Notes under the pieces: generated by a model
The model's database searches: none
What the model was told of the DNA's origin: nothing
What the model saw: only the letters and a program-made list of their open reading frames with translations
Assembly (NCBI RefSeq): GCF_009914755.1
Contig: NC_060932.1
Length of the DNA: 64,000 nucleotides
Strand: one strand, 5' to 3'
Origin: the human T2T-CHM13v2.0 reference genome, Homo sapiens
Part shown: positions 44,582 through 58,007 of the stretch, in pieces
Layout of the letters: each line of letters starts with the position of its first letter
Position numbering within the stretch: the stretch's first letter is position 1
Translations under genes and position numbers: made by a program

Positions 44582-44869
44582 TAGCCTGGGAGCCCAGGGC
44601 CTCCCGGGAATGGGGCAGGGCGCTTCCTGGTGCTCAGCACACCTAGCCCAAGAGCCTCATTCCGAGAAGCTGCATCCTGGGAAGATGCTGTGGCAGAACG
44701 TCGGGCCTGTGCAGGTTGGCGGGGGTGACGGAGAGCTGTCTAGGGTTGCCCTCACCCCTGCCCTCGCCCTGGCTGCCTGGCTGGCTTTGGAACCTACAGC
44801 AGGAGGGTGCTGGGAGGGCATGGGGCGAGGGCCTTGTAGCTTTTCACGGCCGTGGGTGTCACAGCACTC

Positions 44870-45430
44870 CAGTAAATTGTGACCCTAATGGAGAGGATGG
44901 CCTTTGGAAACGAACTGCATTGAGAAGGGGGATGAAATTAATGAGATAATAGCAGGGCCAAGGACCCGGAGCGCGCGTCTGCCCTCACGGAAGGCTCTGT
45001 AATTCCTTTTCCGCAACGGGAGCTGCAGATCTAAAGGCCTCTCCCATCCGTCCGGCAGGCCCACGCTGCCAGGAAATTTCATTAACGCTGGAAAATAGGA
45101 AAGGTATTAAGCGTGGATAATGAAGGCCAGGGAGGGAACAGTGCCTTAAGATAGTCTTCTTTCTCGCCTTTGTAATGGGAGGCATGAACTTTCCCTTCAA
45201 ATCCATTTCTAATCCATTTGAAATACTACAGCAAATTATCTTTCCTTCAGCCCAAAAGCAGCCAGCCAATTTACTCCGAACAGAAGTGACAATGCCCCAG
45301 GATTTATCACCATAACCTTGACTACACCAGGGCGAGGCTGGGCCTCCCCTCTCCTCCCTGGGGGGGGACAAAGGCCAGGAGGGGGAGATAACATTTTAAA
45401 TGAAAAGCAGCAGTAATGGGGAGAAAGACA
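44870..45430. promoter_or_regulatory. Candidate conserved non-coding element or enhancer
   Basis: AT-rich island with AAATTAATG, CATTAAC, GTATTAAG, CTAATCC and GATTTATC. Confidence 0.45.
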
Positions 45431-48400
45431 CACACACTACAAAAGCAGGTGTATGAAGAAGCTGTCTGTGCAGTACTGCCTTAGGAGTAGCTGGAAACTT
45501 CCAGGCCAGAGGCTGCCCGGGCTGGCGAGGGGCACCACAGGTGCCCAGAGGGCTGAGCCCAGGCCCTCCTGTCTCTGAAAGCCCCTGTCCTGCCTCAGCC
45601 TGGGCCCCTCGGACCTGCTGAGTGCTGCCAGCCTCGCTAGGCACAGGTAGCAACAGTGGGGGCCGGGCGGACCTCTGGCTCTCGACCCTCAGGGACTCCT
45701 GTCACCTGTCCCCAGGACTTCAGTGGTGCTGGGGGCCTGGGCAAGATGGGAGAGAGGCTCACTCTGAGGTCTTGGTTTTCCTGAAAGCCCAGGGGCAAAC
45801 CTGGTGCATCCCCTGCCGGCATCCACAAGGCATGCCCACGCACAGCCTGCCAGCTGCCAGGCTCCCGGGCCTGCAAGCCCTGGCCTGGGCCACTGCTGCC
45901 AAGTGGCCCATGCAAGGACTCTGAGGACCAACCCTGGACACCCACACTCTACCCACTCCGAGGGCACTGCCCGTGGCAGGTCAGAGCAGCCCCCGCGCCA
46001 TGTCATGTGGGCCGTGCAGGCTGAGAGGGGCCTCACCCCAGGCCACGTCATTGATCCTGGGCACAGATGCACACATACACGTGGCCCAGATCAGTGGCCT
46101 CGCAGTCAGGGCAGTGCATGCACAGCAAGCAGGCCCAGTGCACTGCCTGCCCCCAGGGTGACAGCCTCAGCACTTGCGCTCCCAGCAGCAGAAGCCCCAG
46201 CTCAGCAGAAACACATCTGACAAACCAATGCGGCTCCTCGGGTGAGTCCAGCCCTCTGAGCACCCGGGCCCTTTCAGGTCCTGCTCCCTGCCATGGGCAC
46301 TGCCTGCGGTGTCTCCGTGCCATGCGACCCAGCTCTGAGACCAATCAGAGAATGCTGGGCCTGGTAGTCAGCGTGACTGGCACACTGGCATGGCAGGAAG
46401 GCTGGGGAAGGGGCCCGGTCTCTTGACTCAGGCAGAGGTGGTAAGGGGACTGGGGGAGGCCTCCTCCACCCTAGAGACCCGGGAAGCAGCCCAGCACCCA
46501 GGATGCCCCGGCGGGACACACACTGGTGGGACCCGAGGGTCCAGGCCACAGACAGGCAGCTTTTAAGCCCAAAAGCTGTGTCTTCCGATTGCCCAGTCCC
46601 ACAGCACCTTCAGACACATGCTGCCCAGGACACCCTCCCTGAGGCTCTGTGGCTTGTTCAACAGGGTCTTCCAAGGCCTTGGGTCATGTGGCCAGGGGTT
46701 CGAGGCCTAGGCCAGATTGCAGGCAGCCCTGGGAAGGCTGGGCCTCTCCGGAGCACCTCCCAACCCAGCTCCCAGGCCCAGTGGTGCGACCAGCGGCTAC
46801 ACAAAGGCCAACACAGACCACAGTGGGGCCAGAGACCCTCATCTGGAGGAGAGCCGCTGATGGGAACCAGGGGCTCCTTCCCCATAGCAGCCCCTCAGCA
46901 TCCTTCCCTCCCCGCCACTGAAGTTCCCATGCCAGCCTCGGTGACATCCCACCCCACGTGAGCCCCTGAGAACTCCGTGAGGTTGTGTCTGTGCTTGAGG
47001 AGAACACCTGGGGACAGAGAGGTCGCTGTGTGACCAGGGGCGGGAGAGGCGAGGCCAGCAGAGGGGAGAGCTGCTCCCAGACCCTCCAGACCCGCCAGGG
47101 GCTCCACAGCAGGGAGGGCTGGGATTTGAAGATTTCTTCCTGCCAAGCGCCGCCACACGGTGGAGCCGGCGAGGGGACATCAGACCCTGGGAGGGAAACT
47201 GAAGGCAGACAGGGACGATGGGGACCTTCCAGGACCCTCGTGTTGTCGCTCTGCACCTCCGGCTGCTGCCAATCCAGCTCCAGTCTTGTCTTTTAAACAC
47301 ACTCCAGCACTAGCTGGCCCTCCTGCTCCCACAGCCAGGCCCCGCAGCCAGTGTCGGTCAGCAGTTCTCCCCATGAGGGGCCTCATCAGCCTCCACTCGG
47401 ACCCCCTGCCCAGGGCCCTCAGCCTCACCACTGGCAGAAGCCCTGCCCCGAGGCAATGCCCAGGCCCTGAACATGCCACGCAGAGCCCCAGGCCGGCACT
47501 GAGCCAGCTGGGTCTCCGCCCTGGTTCACAGCTGAAAGGGGGCTGCACCCACCCCACCCTGCCAGTTGGTTTGAAAGCTGCACATTTGATCAAGTCCCTG
47601 CCAAGACCCTGCAGTGGGTCCCCTCGTTCTCAAGATGACCAGGTTAGAAAGCCCTGCAGGGCCAGGCACTCAGGTCCTGCTGGCCACAGCCCCCATGCAG
47701 CCTCTCTCCAGCCTAGAACTCCAGTTCTCCTGGGAAGTTCTGGTTTCTGGAAAGCACTGTGCTCCCTCCTGGCGCCAGGTCTTTGCACGTGCTGTCCCTC
47801 TGTCCAGATCCCAGGGCAGGCCTGAGGCCAAGTGCAGATGTCACAGCACTGGGGAGGCCGGCCCTACTTACCACTGGGGAAAATGAGCACAGGGGCCGTA
47901 TCTGCAAAGACCACTGCTGCACCCCTGGCCCTGCGGATGTGCCGGGCACGCAGGGGGCTCTGTAAATGTGTGTTGCGAGAACACACCCAAGTGTGTGCCA
48001 CCCTGGGGCTCCCAGGACCTTAAGAGGTCCTAAGGGAGGAGTGTGGGGTGGGGAAGGGTCAGGAGGCCCTGGTCAGTTACAGACACTCAGGAAGGAGACC
48101 TGTGGCAGAGAGGTGGCTGCCAGGGCTTGGTCAGCTGATACAAGGAGTGGGCTCAGGCAGCAAGGGCCAGGCGCTGGGAATGCGGGCTGGGGCAAGATGG
48201 GCTCTCTGAGAACAAAGGGAGCAGCGGGGCTCAAGGAGGGAGGCATGGTCAGAACACATGCCCTGAGAGCTCCGAGAAGGGCGAGCCTGTCCCTGTCTCC
48301 CCAGGACGATGGCAAGGCTGCTACGGACGTGACACAGGGACGTGCAATATGCAGACGTGGAAAGACCCTCGGGGGCATAAGTATGGTGACAGCAGGAGAG

Positions 48401-49889
48401 GCCAAGGGCTGAGCGAGGTCTTGGCCCGGCCCTAGCAGCCAGAAGAGGCAGGACCACAGGAGCAGGTACCGGGCCACGGGGACACGACCTCAGGGCCTTC
48501 TAGGCCGGGGTTGTGTCTGTGTGTGGGCCGGGGACCCAGCAGCCCCTGGCCAGGCCGCCCAGGCCAGTGGCAACGTGCAGTAAACAGGCAGTCCAGCTGA
48601 GACACAGAGAAAACAACCGGAGAAGCATTTTCAGGAAATGGAGCACAATTTTTCGAAGCTTGGAGCCCGAGCGGGGAGTGCGAAGTCAGCAGAAGAGGAG
48701 CGGCCGGGGGGAGGCGGCGCCGCAGCGAATCCCCAAGTAGGTCAGGCAGAGCTGCGCCGTGACAGGCACTAAACTGCTTAAGTGGGGCTTTCCACTGGAA
48801 ACGCTGACACCTCCATCACCGTGCTGGCTCGGGAGGGCGAGCATGCATGTGTGTCCATGCGTGTGCGCGTGTGGGGCTGGCTGGAAGCCTCCCTCCCGGT
48901 TTCTCCTGGTGCTGAGCCACTGCGGCCCCCGAATGGGTTGGCCAGGCTACATGGGGCCCTTGGCTGGAGAGGCCCAGCCCGTGAGGCTGGGGCAATGCAG
49001 GGGAGGTGGTTCTACTGGACAGACACTCACAGAATGTCCTGAGTTCCGGAGGAGGAAGACAGAGTCCCTCGTGGGAGGGGCCCAAGCTGGGCCGGCAGGG
49101 AGGGGCGCTCAGGCCAGACAGAGCAGAGGCGTGCAGTGGGGGTGCTAGGCGGGCTCCCGGCTCCTGGACCCTGCCCCCACGATCTCAGCGGCAGGGCTAA
49201 ATGCTCAAGGGCCTGTGGCTGCCAGGGCTGAAATCTGACTACGTGGTGGCCACGCAGGCCTCACGATGGCTATGGCCACCTCATCTCACAGAAAGGACCC
49301 TCTTCTAACTTACTCCTCACAAGTCTGGCCCCCTATCCTCCAAACCCCTATACCCAGACCGTGGGGCCCTCACCAGCTCCAAGGGGCCTCCAGGTACCTG
49401 GGGCAGTAGCTGCTGTTCAGCAGGGGCTCCGGCACCATGGCCAGATGGGCTCTCTAGTCCCGCTGTCACCCCCACAGCATCTACCTCCCAGTATGGGGGC
49501 CTGCAGAGACCGTCCAGCCGCTTGGCTTTCCAGGATACACCTTCAGCAGGCAGGCAGGGTTACAGGCCTGGGTGGGAGCTGAGAGCCCTGCACCAGCGGC
49601 CAGGGGCGCCATGAGGGGAAAGAGCCATGCAGCCTTAGGGACAGCAGCCTTGTTTGGGGGCCCCTGAGGACAGGGACAGCCTTGAGTGCGACTGGTCCAG
49701 CTGAGGCTGAGCACGGCTGGCTCCCCCGGCCCCTGGGCTGACTCGTGGGGTGGAGGCTCTGTTGTGACATCTGAGGACTTCCTCACTGGGCACTGGTCCT
49801 TCCGAGGGCCATCCCTGCCCCGTCTCACCCCAGTAATGAATAAGAAGGATTCGGAGGCGCCTCTGCAGCCTGGCTGGGTGGCAGGGGGC

Positions 49890-50150
49890 AATACTAATGA
49901 CACTGCCTCCGTTACAAACGTCGTGCTCCATTATGAGGGGCTGGGACTATTTTATGTATTTTATGTGCTCACATCTATTCAATTGGTATTTCGATCAATG
50001 GATGCATTACAAGCTTTCCCTTTAAGAGCCTAATAAACAACAAGATGGAAAGTAAAATTCTCCATAAAATGACACTTTTAAAAATCCATTTCAGCTGAAG
50101 CTATTGGTGTTTTGTATGTCAGCTGCAAAAAAACAAGTATTAGTGGGACT
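49890..50150. promoter_or_regulatory. Candidate conserved non-coding element
   Basis: CTAATG, CATTATG, TTTTATG twice, GATCAAT, TAATAAAC and CCATAAAA. Confidence 0.4.
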
Positions 50151-50469
50151 TCATGGCCCCGGAGTGCCGAGTTCAGCTCGTCCGGCAGAGGTGCCAGGCG
50201 GCCAGGTGCAGCTGTCCTTGGCGGGCCCGCGACCCTCTGCACCTGTGCCACCCTTTGGGCTGGGTCATCGGCCCAGGACCCACTCTGTCTGTGCCAGCTA
50301 CTGAGGGGCAGGCTGGCCAGGAATCCTGCCTAGGCCCTCAAGGACCCCTCAGGTCACTGCTGTCTAAAGAGACTCACAGCAGACATCCCCCCACTCCCAG
50401 GCCCTGGGACAGCCCCTCCGAAGACCACACAGCAAATCCGGCTCAGCTCCCTGGAAAGGCGTGGTGACC

Positions 50470-51800
50470 TCAGCAAACTTCATGCGGCCCTTGCAAGGAC
50501 AGTGGTATCTGCAAAAACCACGGGAAAACCACAATAAAAACCCACTCACTTCAGAGGGGTAACCAGAACTGATTATGAAGCAAAGATGTGTGAAAACCAA
50601 AGCCCTGCAAGACAGTGGCAAACACCAGTTGGAACATACAAAGAAGAGAAGCCAGAAACACTCTCAAATAACTGAGGAAAAATTCTACAGCAGGGGCGCC
50701 GGGCCAACATGTGGAAGTTATGGAGCATGAGTCCCCCTGGTGCTGAGAACAGGAGGGAGGCAGGCGGGGCCAGGGATCTGAAGTGTTTGTTGTGTGTGTG
50801 GCTGAAATCCTAAGAAGAAGAAAATGCAAATCTATGATTTGGAGGCTGGTTCCTTGGTGAGGCCGAGAACCCGGTCCAGTGTTTCTAAGGTGGTCTGGAA
50901 GAGTAAGCATTCAGGAATAACGAAGGGCACAGACAAGTGGGTCAACAGTGAGGATGGAGAGTCTGGGAACAGCCCATACATCTGCTCACCCGAGTGACGC
51001 AGGCGCCCCTGCACCTGAGTGGGTCAGGATCTCATTTCAATACATGTGTCTCCATGGGGAGACAAAAGGACTCTGGCCCCTACCTCAGACCACAGGTAAA
51101 AATTAATTCAAGAAGCCTCAGGCTTAAAATATAAAAGCTAAAATAGCCAAGCTTCTAGAAGAAAACATGAATGTGGGATAGACAAATATTTCTTAAACAG
51201 GACACAAAGAGCACTACTCATAAAAGGCTAAAAAACCAGATGCCGTGGAAGAGCAGGTCCCTCGCTGTAAGCAGACGTGTGGGGCGGAAAACATCCACAA
51301 CAAAAACAAACTCCCACAAATCAGCCAAAAGGCAAATCACACAAAAACAGGCCAACACCCAAAGAGGCCCTTTACAGTAAAGAAGGGCACCACCAGGAGA
51401 CCTGAGTGAAGAAAAAGATGCCCAGCAATGCCAGCCAGCGGGATGGGCGTGAGGCCCCACACCCCCCAGCATGGCAAGAACAGGAGACACGGGCCTGAGA
51501 ATCCTGGCCAAGGCCACGGGCCAGCCACAATGCTCACATGCTGCTGCTGGCAGGCTGGGACAGCTACCTGGGACAGCTTCCAAAGCTCAGTGTCCATCAC
51601 CCTCTGAGGCAGCAACTCCACACAAACGAGGGCTACCAGCACCCAGAGACACACCCAAGACAGCAGCTTCATAACTGGCAAGGATGGGAGAGACTCCAGA
51701 TACCCACCCATCAACTGCAAGATGGACACACATGGCGTATCCATATCACAGAACACCACACGGCAGGGAAAAAGAATGAGTTCCCGCCAGGCGCGGCAAT
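50470..51800 (+). mobile_element. Highly decayed L1M ORF2/3' fragments
   Basis: ccctacctcagaccacaggtaaaaattaattcaaga, ttctagaagaaaacat, tttcttaaacaggacacaaagagcacta. Confidence 0.6.
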
Positions 51801-51809
51801 GTAGCGGAG

Positions 51810-52173
51810 TGAGAAACGTGGGCGCCTACGGCTGCCTGGCTGCTGCCATGGAATGCTCTGCAGTGGGCGGCTACGACAACAGAAACACACTTTCTCACAA
51901 GGCTGGGGCCGCACCGAGGCTCTGGCAAGGCTGGTTTCTGGTGAGGTCTCCCTTCCTGGCTTGTACTGTCCTCCCGTGGCTTTTCCTCTGGGCATGTGCC
52001 CCTGGTGGCACTTTTTATTCTTGTAAGGACATTAGTCCTAGTGGATCAGGGCCAAACACGTATAATCCCATTTAACCTCAATTACCTGTTTGAAGACCCC
52101 ATCCCCAAACGTAGTCACATTGGGGGTTAGGGTTTCCATCTATGAACTTGGTGGGGGACACAATTCAGTCCAT
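51810..52173 (-). mobile_element. MLT1-family solo LTR (ERVL-MaLR)
   Basis: acaacagaaa...ttctcaca, ggtttctggtgagg, tttaacctcaattacc, gtcacattgggggttaggg, gggggacacaattcagtccat. Confidence 0.8.
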
Positions 52174-52189
52174 GAAAAGTGATGAACAA

Positions 52190-53900
52190 AAGAAGTCAGA
52201 CACAGAATGGCACCCACTACATGACCCCACCACCAAGAAGCTCACACACAAAACAGCACCTGCTCCACAACCCCACCACCACGAAGCTCACACACAAAAC
52301 AGCACCCGCTACACGACCCCATCACCACGAAGCTCACACACAGAACAGCACCCGCTACACGACCCCATCACCACGAAGCTCAGACACAGAACAGCACCCG
52401 CTACACGGCCCCATCACCACGAAGCTCAGACACAGAACAGCACCCGCTACACGGCCCCATCATCACGAAGCTCAGACACAGAACAGCACCCGCTACACGG
52501 CCCCACCACCACGAAGCTCACACACAGAACAGCACCCGCTACACGACCCCACCACCACGAAGCTCACACACAGAACAGCACCCGCTACACGACCCCACCA
52601 CCACGAAGCTCACACACAGAACAGCACCCGCTACACGGCCCCACCACCACGAAGCTCAGACACACAACAGCACCCGCTACACGGCCCCACCACCACGAAG
52701 CTCAGACACAGAACAGCACCCGCTACACGGCCCCACCACCACGAAGCTCACACACAGAACAGCACCCGCTACACGACCCCATCACCACGAAGCTCAGACA
52801 CAGAACAGCACCCGCTACACGGCCCCATCACCACGAAGCTCAGACACAGAACAGCACCCGCTACACGGCCCCATCACCACGAAGCTCAGACACAGAACAG
52901 CACCCGCTACACGGCCCCACCACCACGAAGCTCAGACACAGAACAGCACCCGCTACACGGCCCCACCACCACGAAGCTCACACACAGAACAGCACCCGCT
53001 ACACGGCCCCACCACCACGAAGCTCAGACACAGAACAGCACCCGCTACACGGCCCCACCACCACGAAGCTCAGACACAGAACAGCACCCGCTACACGGCC
53101 CCACCACCACGAAGCTCAGACACAGAACAGCACCCGCTACACGGCCCCATCACCACGAAGCTCACACACAGAACAGCACCCGCTACACGGCCCCATCACC
53201 ACGAAGCTCAGACACAGAACAGCACCCGCTACACGACCCCATCACCACGAAGCTCAGACACAGAACAGCACCCGCTACACGACCCCATCACCACGAAGCT
53301 CACACACAGAACAGCACCCGCTCCACGACCCCATCACCACGAAGCTCACACACAGAACAGCACCCGCTACACAGCCCCATCACCACGAAGCTCAGACACA
53401 GAACAGCACCCGCTACACGGCCCCATCACCACGAAGCTCAGACACAGAACAGCACCCGCTACACGGCCCCATCACCACGAAGCTCACACACAGAACAGCA
53501 CCCGCTACACGGCCCCATCACCACGAAGCTCACACACAGAACAGCACCCGCTACACGGCCCCATCACCACGAAGCTCACACACAGAACAGCACCTGCTCA
53601 ACGACCCCATCACCACGAAGCTCAGACACAGAACAGCACCCGCTACACGGCCCCATCACCACGAAGCTCACACACAGAACAGCACCCGCTACACGGCCCC
53701 ATCACCACGAAGCTCAGACACAGAACAGCACCCGCTACACGGCCCCATCACCACGAAGCTCACACACAGAACAGCACCCGCTCCACGACCCCATCACCAC
53801 GAAGCTCAGACACAGAACAGCACCCGCTACACGGCCCCATCACCACGAAGCTCAGACACAGAACAGCACCCGCTACACGGCCCCATCACCACGAAGTTCA
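52190..53900. repeat. 46-bp minisatellite, about 37 copies
   Basis: Unit gaagctca(g/c)acacagaacagcacccgctacacg(g/a)cccca(t/c)caccac; period checked at 52421 and 52467. Confidence 0.97.
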
Positions 53901-54949
53901 GGAACAGGCAAAGCCAATCAAGGTAGGCAGAGAGCAGAAAAGCAGGTGCTCATGGGGTAGACATGAGTGGGAAGGGCCAGAGGGAAGCTTCCAGAACTCA
54001 TGCCATCTTAGGTAGGAAAGGCTGTTCTCAGCACATCAATACATGAAATCTCAAGAGACTGGCAGATTTAAGTGCACAGAAAAGTAAAAACTTCTGCAAA
54101 CATCCTCACGAAATTCAAAGCGAGGAAAATGACAAAAAGGCGACTCCCCCTGAACACTTGGAGTTCCATGAATCCATAAGAAACAAGCCAGCTGGAGACA
54201 AGCGAATAGGGAACACAAACCATGTTGAACTTGACCAAGAATTAAAGTTAAGCCTGGATGGCACCCTCCTCAGATCCGCTGTCCATGTTTCTGCCCGTGG
54301 CTGCTGACGCTGACGAGGCCCGGAAGGGCCAGCAGTCATGCCCCCTCCGTCCCCCAAGCCAGTGGCAGCGCTGACCCCCAGGACTGTTCATCCAGATGAA
54401 GGCGCTTCTCTGGGAAGGGCCTAAGACCAGCAATGAGAGGAGTGAGGTGGGGCCTGGGTGGGGATCAGCTTGTGTCTACCTGGCCAAATGTCATTGCCTG
54501 CAGGGAGCCTTCCAGGCTGCAGACACCAGAGAAAGGTTGGAGCTGGGTCTGGTACCTATGCCCTAACTGAATCCTATCCTTGCTCTGCCACCCTCCATGA
54601 CTGCTAGTACCCACTGGGCAGGGGACGCCCCAGGTGGGAAGGGCTCAGCCAGGGCCTGGTTCCAAGAAGCTGGGTAGGGTGGGGTGGGGGAGTCCTGGAG
54701 GACAAGCAGCCAATGGAAAGGAGGGAGCTGGGGCCCCTCAGCCAACCTTTGGGGGGATGCACCCTCCCACCGCGGCTGGGCCACGGAGCCCCGCCCACCA
54801 CCGCCTGGCCCCGCCCACCGCCCTGGCCAGGGGAGAGGGGCCAGGGGAGGAGCTGGCTGGAAGCAGCCTCGGCAGGCAAGGGGGCGCCTTGCCCCTGTCC
54901 CGCCCCAGGACCGCCCCAGGCAAGCCAGAGCACTGAGGGTACTGAGCTG

Positions 54950-55190
54950 GGCCATAATTTATGCCCGCCCGCCTATGCTTTATGGCTTTCTTAATTCGGC
55001 TGCTGCTACTATTAATGTAGTTAATGCTGAGATTATATCTATTTTCTGGCGTCAGGCGGTGATTTATTCAAGCCATTTTTCCGGTGGAGGCTCCCACGCT
55101 GTTAAATCAAGCGCCTTGCCAATTAAGTGCTGACTTGGGAAGTGGACGCAATCTTAGCAGACGTCCAACCGCAAATTAAACCGCGCCTGA
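54950..55190. promoter_or_regulatory. Candidate conserved non-coding element or enhancer
   Basis: GCCATAATTTATG, TTTATGG (54979), TATTAATG, TGATTTAT (55060), GTTAAATCAA, CAATTAAG and two AT-flanked TGCTGA. Confidence 0.5.
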
Positions 55191-55878
55191 CTCTGGGGAG
55201 TGGACGGGGCAGCGGGACCCTTGCTGACTTGCAGGAAAGTCAGGAAAGTGGTGGGTGCATCCTACCCACTGTGGTCCCTGGGCCGGTCCCTGGGCCTGTC
55301 CCTGAGCCACGGGTCTCTGGAACTGCAGCCCACACCCACACTCCAGGCCACAGGGTTCCAGGGAAACACCCTTAGACACCCGTGGTTCCTAAACCACGCC
55401 CAGCAAGCACCTGACACACAGGGCCCTGGCAGGTACTGGGGATGGGGCAGGGGCGGCGGGGGTGAAGGGGGCCATGAGGAAGGTGGGAGCCTCCCCAGCA
55501 GGTGGGTGGGGCTGCACAGTGCTCAGCAGCTGGGAGGCCCCCCGGGGCCTGGACCCTGCAGGAGTCTCACCCACGGTCCCATCTCTGAGGGCCCACATAG
55601 CAATACAATAGAAAGGAGGTAGGGAGGCCAGGGTTGGGGGCAGCCAGGCTAAGGACTCCCACCCCCAACAGGCCCAGCTCTCCTGAACACTCCTGTCCCC
55701 TGTGGGGGCCTCAGTCCTCTGTCAGGCACTGTCCACATGCCAACTGCAGTGACCACCCAGGCCCAGCCCAGAGACCACCCGGGCCCAGCCCAGAGAACCT
55801 GCTGTCACCCTCCTCCCCAGTGGGGCCCTGGGACAAGGTAGGCAGATGTGCCACCCTTGTCCATCTGCCAGATACTCA

Positions 55879-56255
<377 letters not shown>

Positions 56256-58007
56256 TTGACTATGTAAATGATACTTTACAACCACCTCTAAAACCAAGGT
56301 AAAGTGGTATTTAAAACGGCGGCACCCAGGTAGCGCCGGGTGACAAGGACATTTTATTTCTTCCTGTCAGGGGTGGTTTTTCAGTTTCCAGGAATGTCCA
56401 TGCTTGCCCCTCCCTCCAGGGAGCCCAGGCACCAACTGGCAGACACACACATATCCACGGCTGGGCAGATGGGGCAGGAGGGCCCAGGCACAGGGGGCTC
56501 CGCCCTCCCCGGCCTGAGGGGAATTCCACGGATCCCACAGGAACCCCCGGGGGGCCCTTGAGCTCCCTCCCCGAAGGTCCTTGTGCAAACTGAAGGAAGG
56601 CTCCCTCCAGATTTGTCACCAGACACTCCCTGCAGCCTGTCCCTGCGATGCCACTGCCGGCCCACACGGAACCACGCTGTGGCCTGCGGTTCCGCCAAGG
56701 TGGCAGCAGCATCTCACCAGGGAGCTCCTGCATCCTGTCCCAAGGGCTTGCCCATAACAGGGACAGGGACAGCCATTCACAGCCGGGCCTGGGCGAGGCT
56801 CACACCCGTATGACCCCACAGGAGCCAGCCCAAAAGGGCAAAGCAGCATCTTGAGCCCCACGGCTGGAGACGCAGTGTGCCACACCCGGCTCGGGGCACA
56901 TGCCCCATCACCAGCTCCTCAGGCCAGCCCAGCCTGGAGCCATGCATTGGTCACAGTGGTACAGAGAGGACCCCCCTGTCCTGGACTCACGGGTCCCTCT
57001 GCCACCGTCGCCCAGCAGGCCATGCTCTCACAGCAGGGATGGGGTGGACTGAGCAGAGCTGCCCTCCGGGGCAGGGGAGGCAGAGGCCGTGCAGGGCTGT
57101 GGGGCCGGGTGCAGGGTGGGCCCTAGAGAAGGAGCAGAACAGGGCATGACTCCCTCAGTCCTGCAGGCACAGGACACCCTCGGCCCTGGGCCTGGCTTGG
57201 ACCACTCACAGCACCTACTCCTTTTGGCCTCCCTCTTTGCTAGGAAGCCCTCAGCCACCGTGTTTCTAGCAGCCCACCCCACAGGCATGTTGCCTCCACC
57301 TGGTGCACCAGGCGCAGCACCTAAGCGTGGCTCGTATCCCTGGGGAGGAGGGCAGAGAAGGAGTGAAAGCAGAAAGAGGGCACACTACAGAGAGCCGGAC
57401 ACATGCGTGCCGAGAGGGAATGGAGAGGAGAAACAAGAAGGAAAAGACAGACGTTGCATGGGACCAAAGGGTGGAGGCCTAAGAGGCACAGAGATGCAGG
57501 GACCAGCAGGCCCAGGTCGGGCGGCAAAGCCTCGGGGGGAGGAGTGTGCTGGCCTTGGAGGCCTCCAGGCGCCCCCTCCTCACCGGCCACCCACTGAAAA
57601 CACCACAGTCAGGGGATACACACCACGGACTGGCCCAGTGGGGGGGATCCGGTGGCGGCCACCTCCCTCCTCCCACCAGGGCCTCAGCATCAGGCCACTC
57701 CCAGGGCCCTGGCCCGCCTTATATCCCCCACCATCTGGACCCTCAGTCCAGGACACACTGGCCCTGACCCTCTGCAGCACTGACCACAGGACCATCCTGA
57801 ACTGCCTGCCAAGAGCTGCCCACCTGTAGCGTCAGGAACGGAGCCAGCAAACAGACCTGGACCCAGAGCCACTGCCAGCTTGATGCTCAGCTCCCCAGGG
57901 ACTGATGCCGGAGGGGCCCGGGGAGGGCCTCACCTCGCACCCACACCTGCGTGGGCACCTGACCACACGCACATCCTGCTGATCAGAACAGCAAAGGAAG
58001 AAGGCGC

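Noticed and set aside
52142-53960. 594-aa and 593-aa ORFs as protein-coding genes
   Set aside because: They are wholly minisatellite-derived, open in every frame and have no unique coding sequence; kept only as a low-interest finding.
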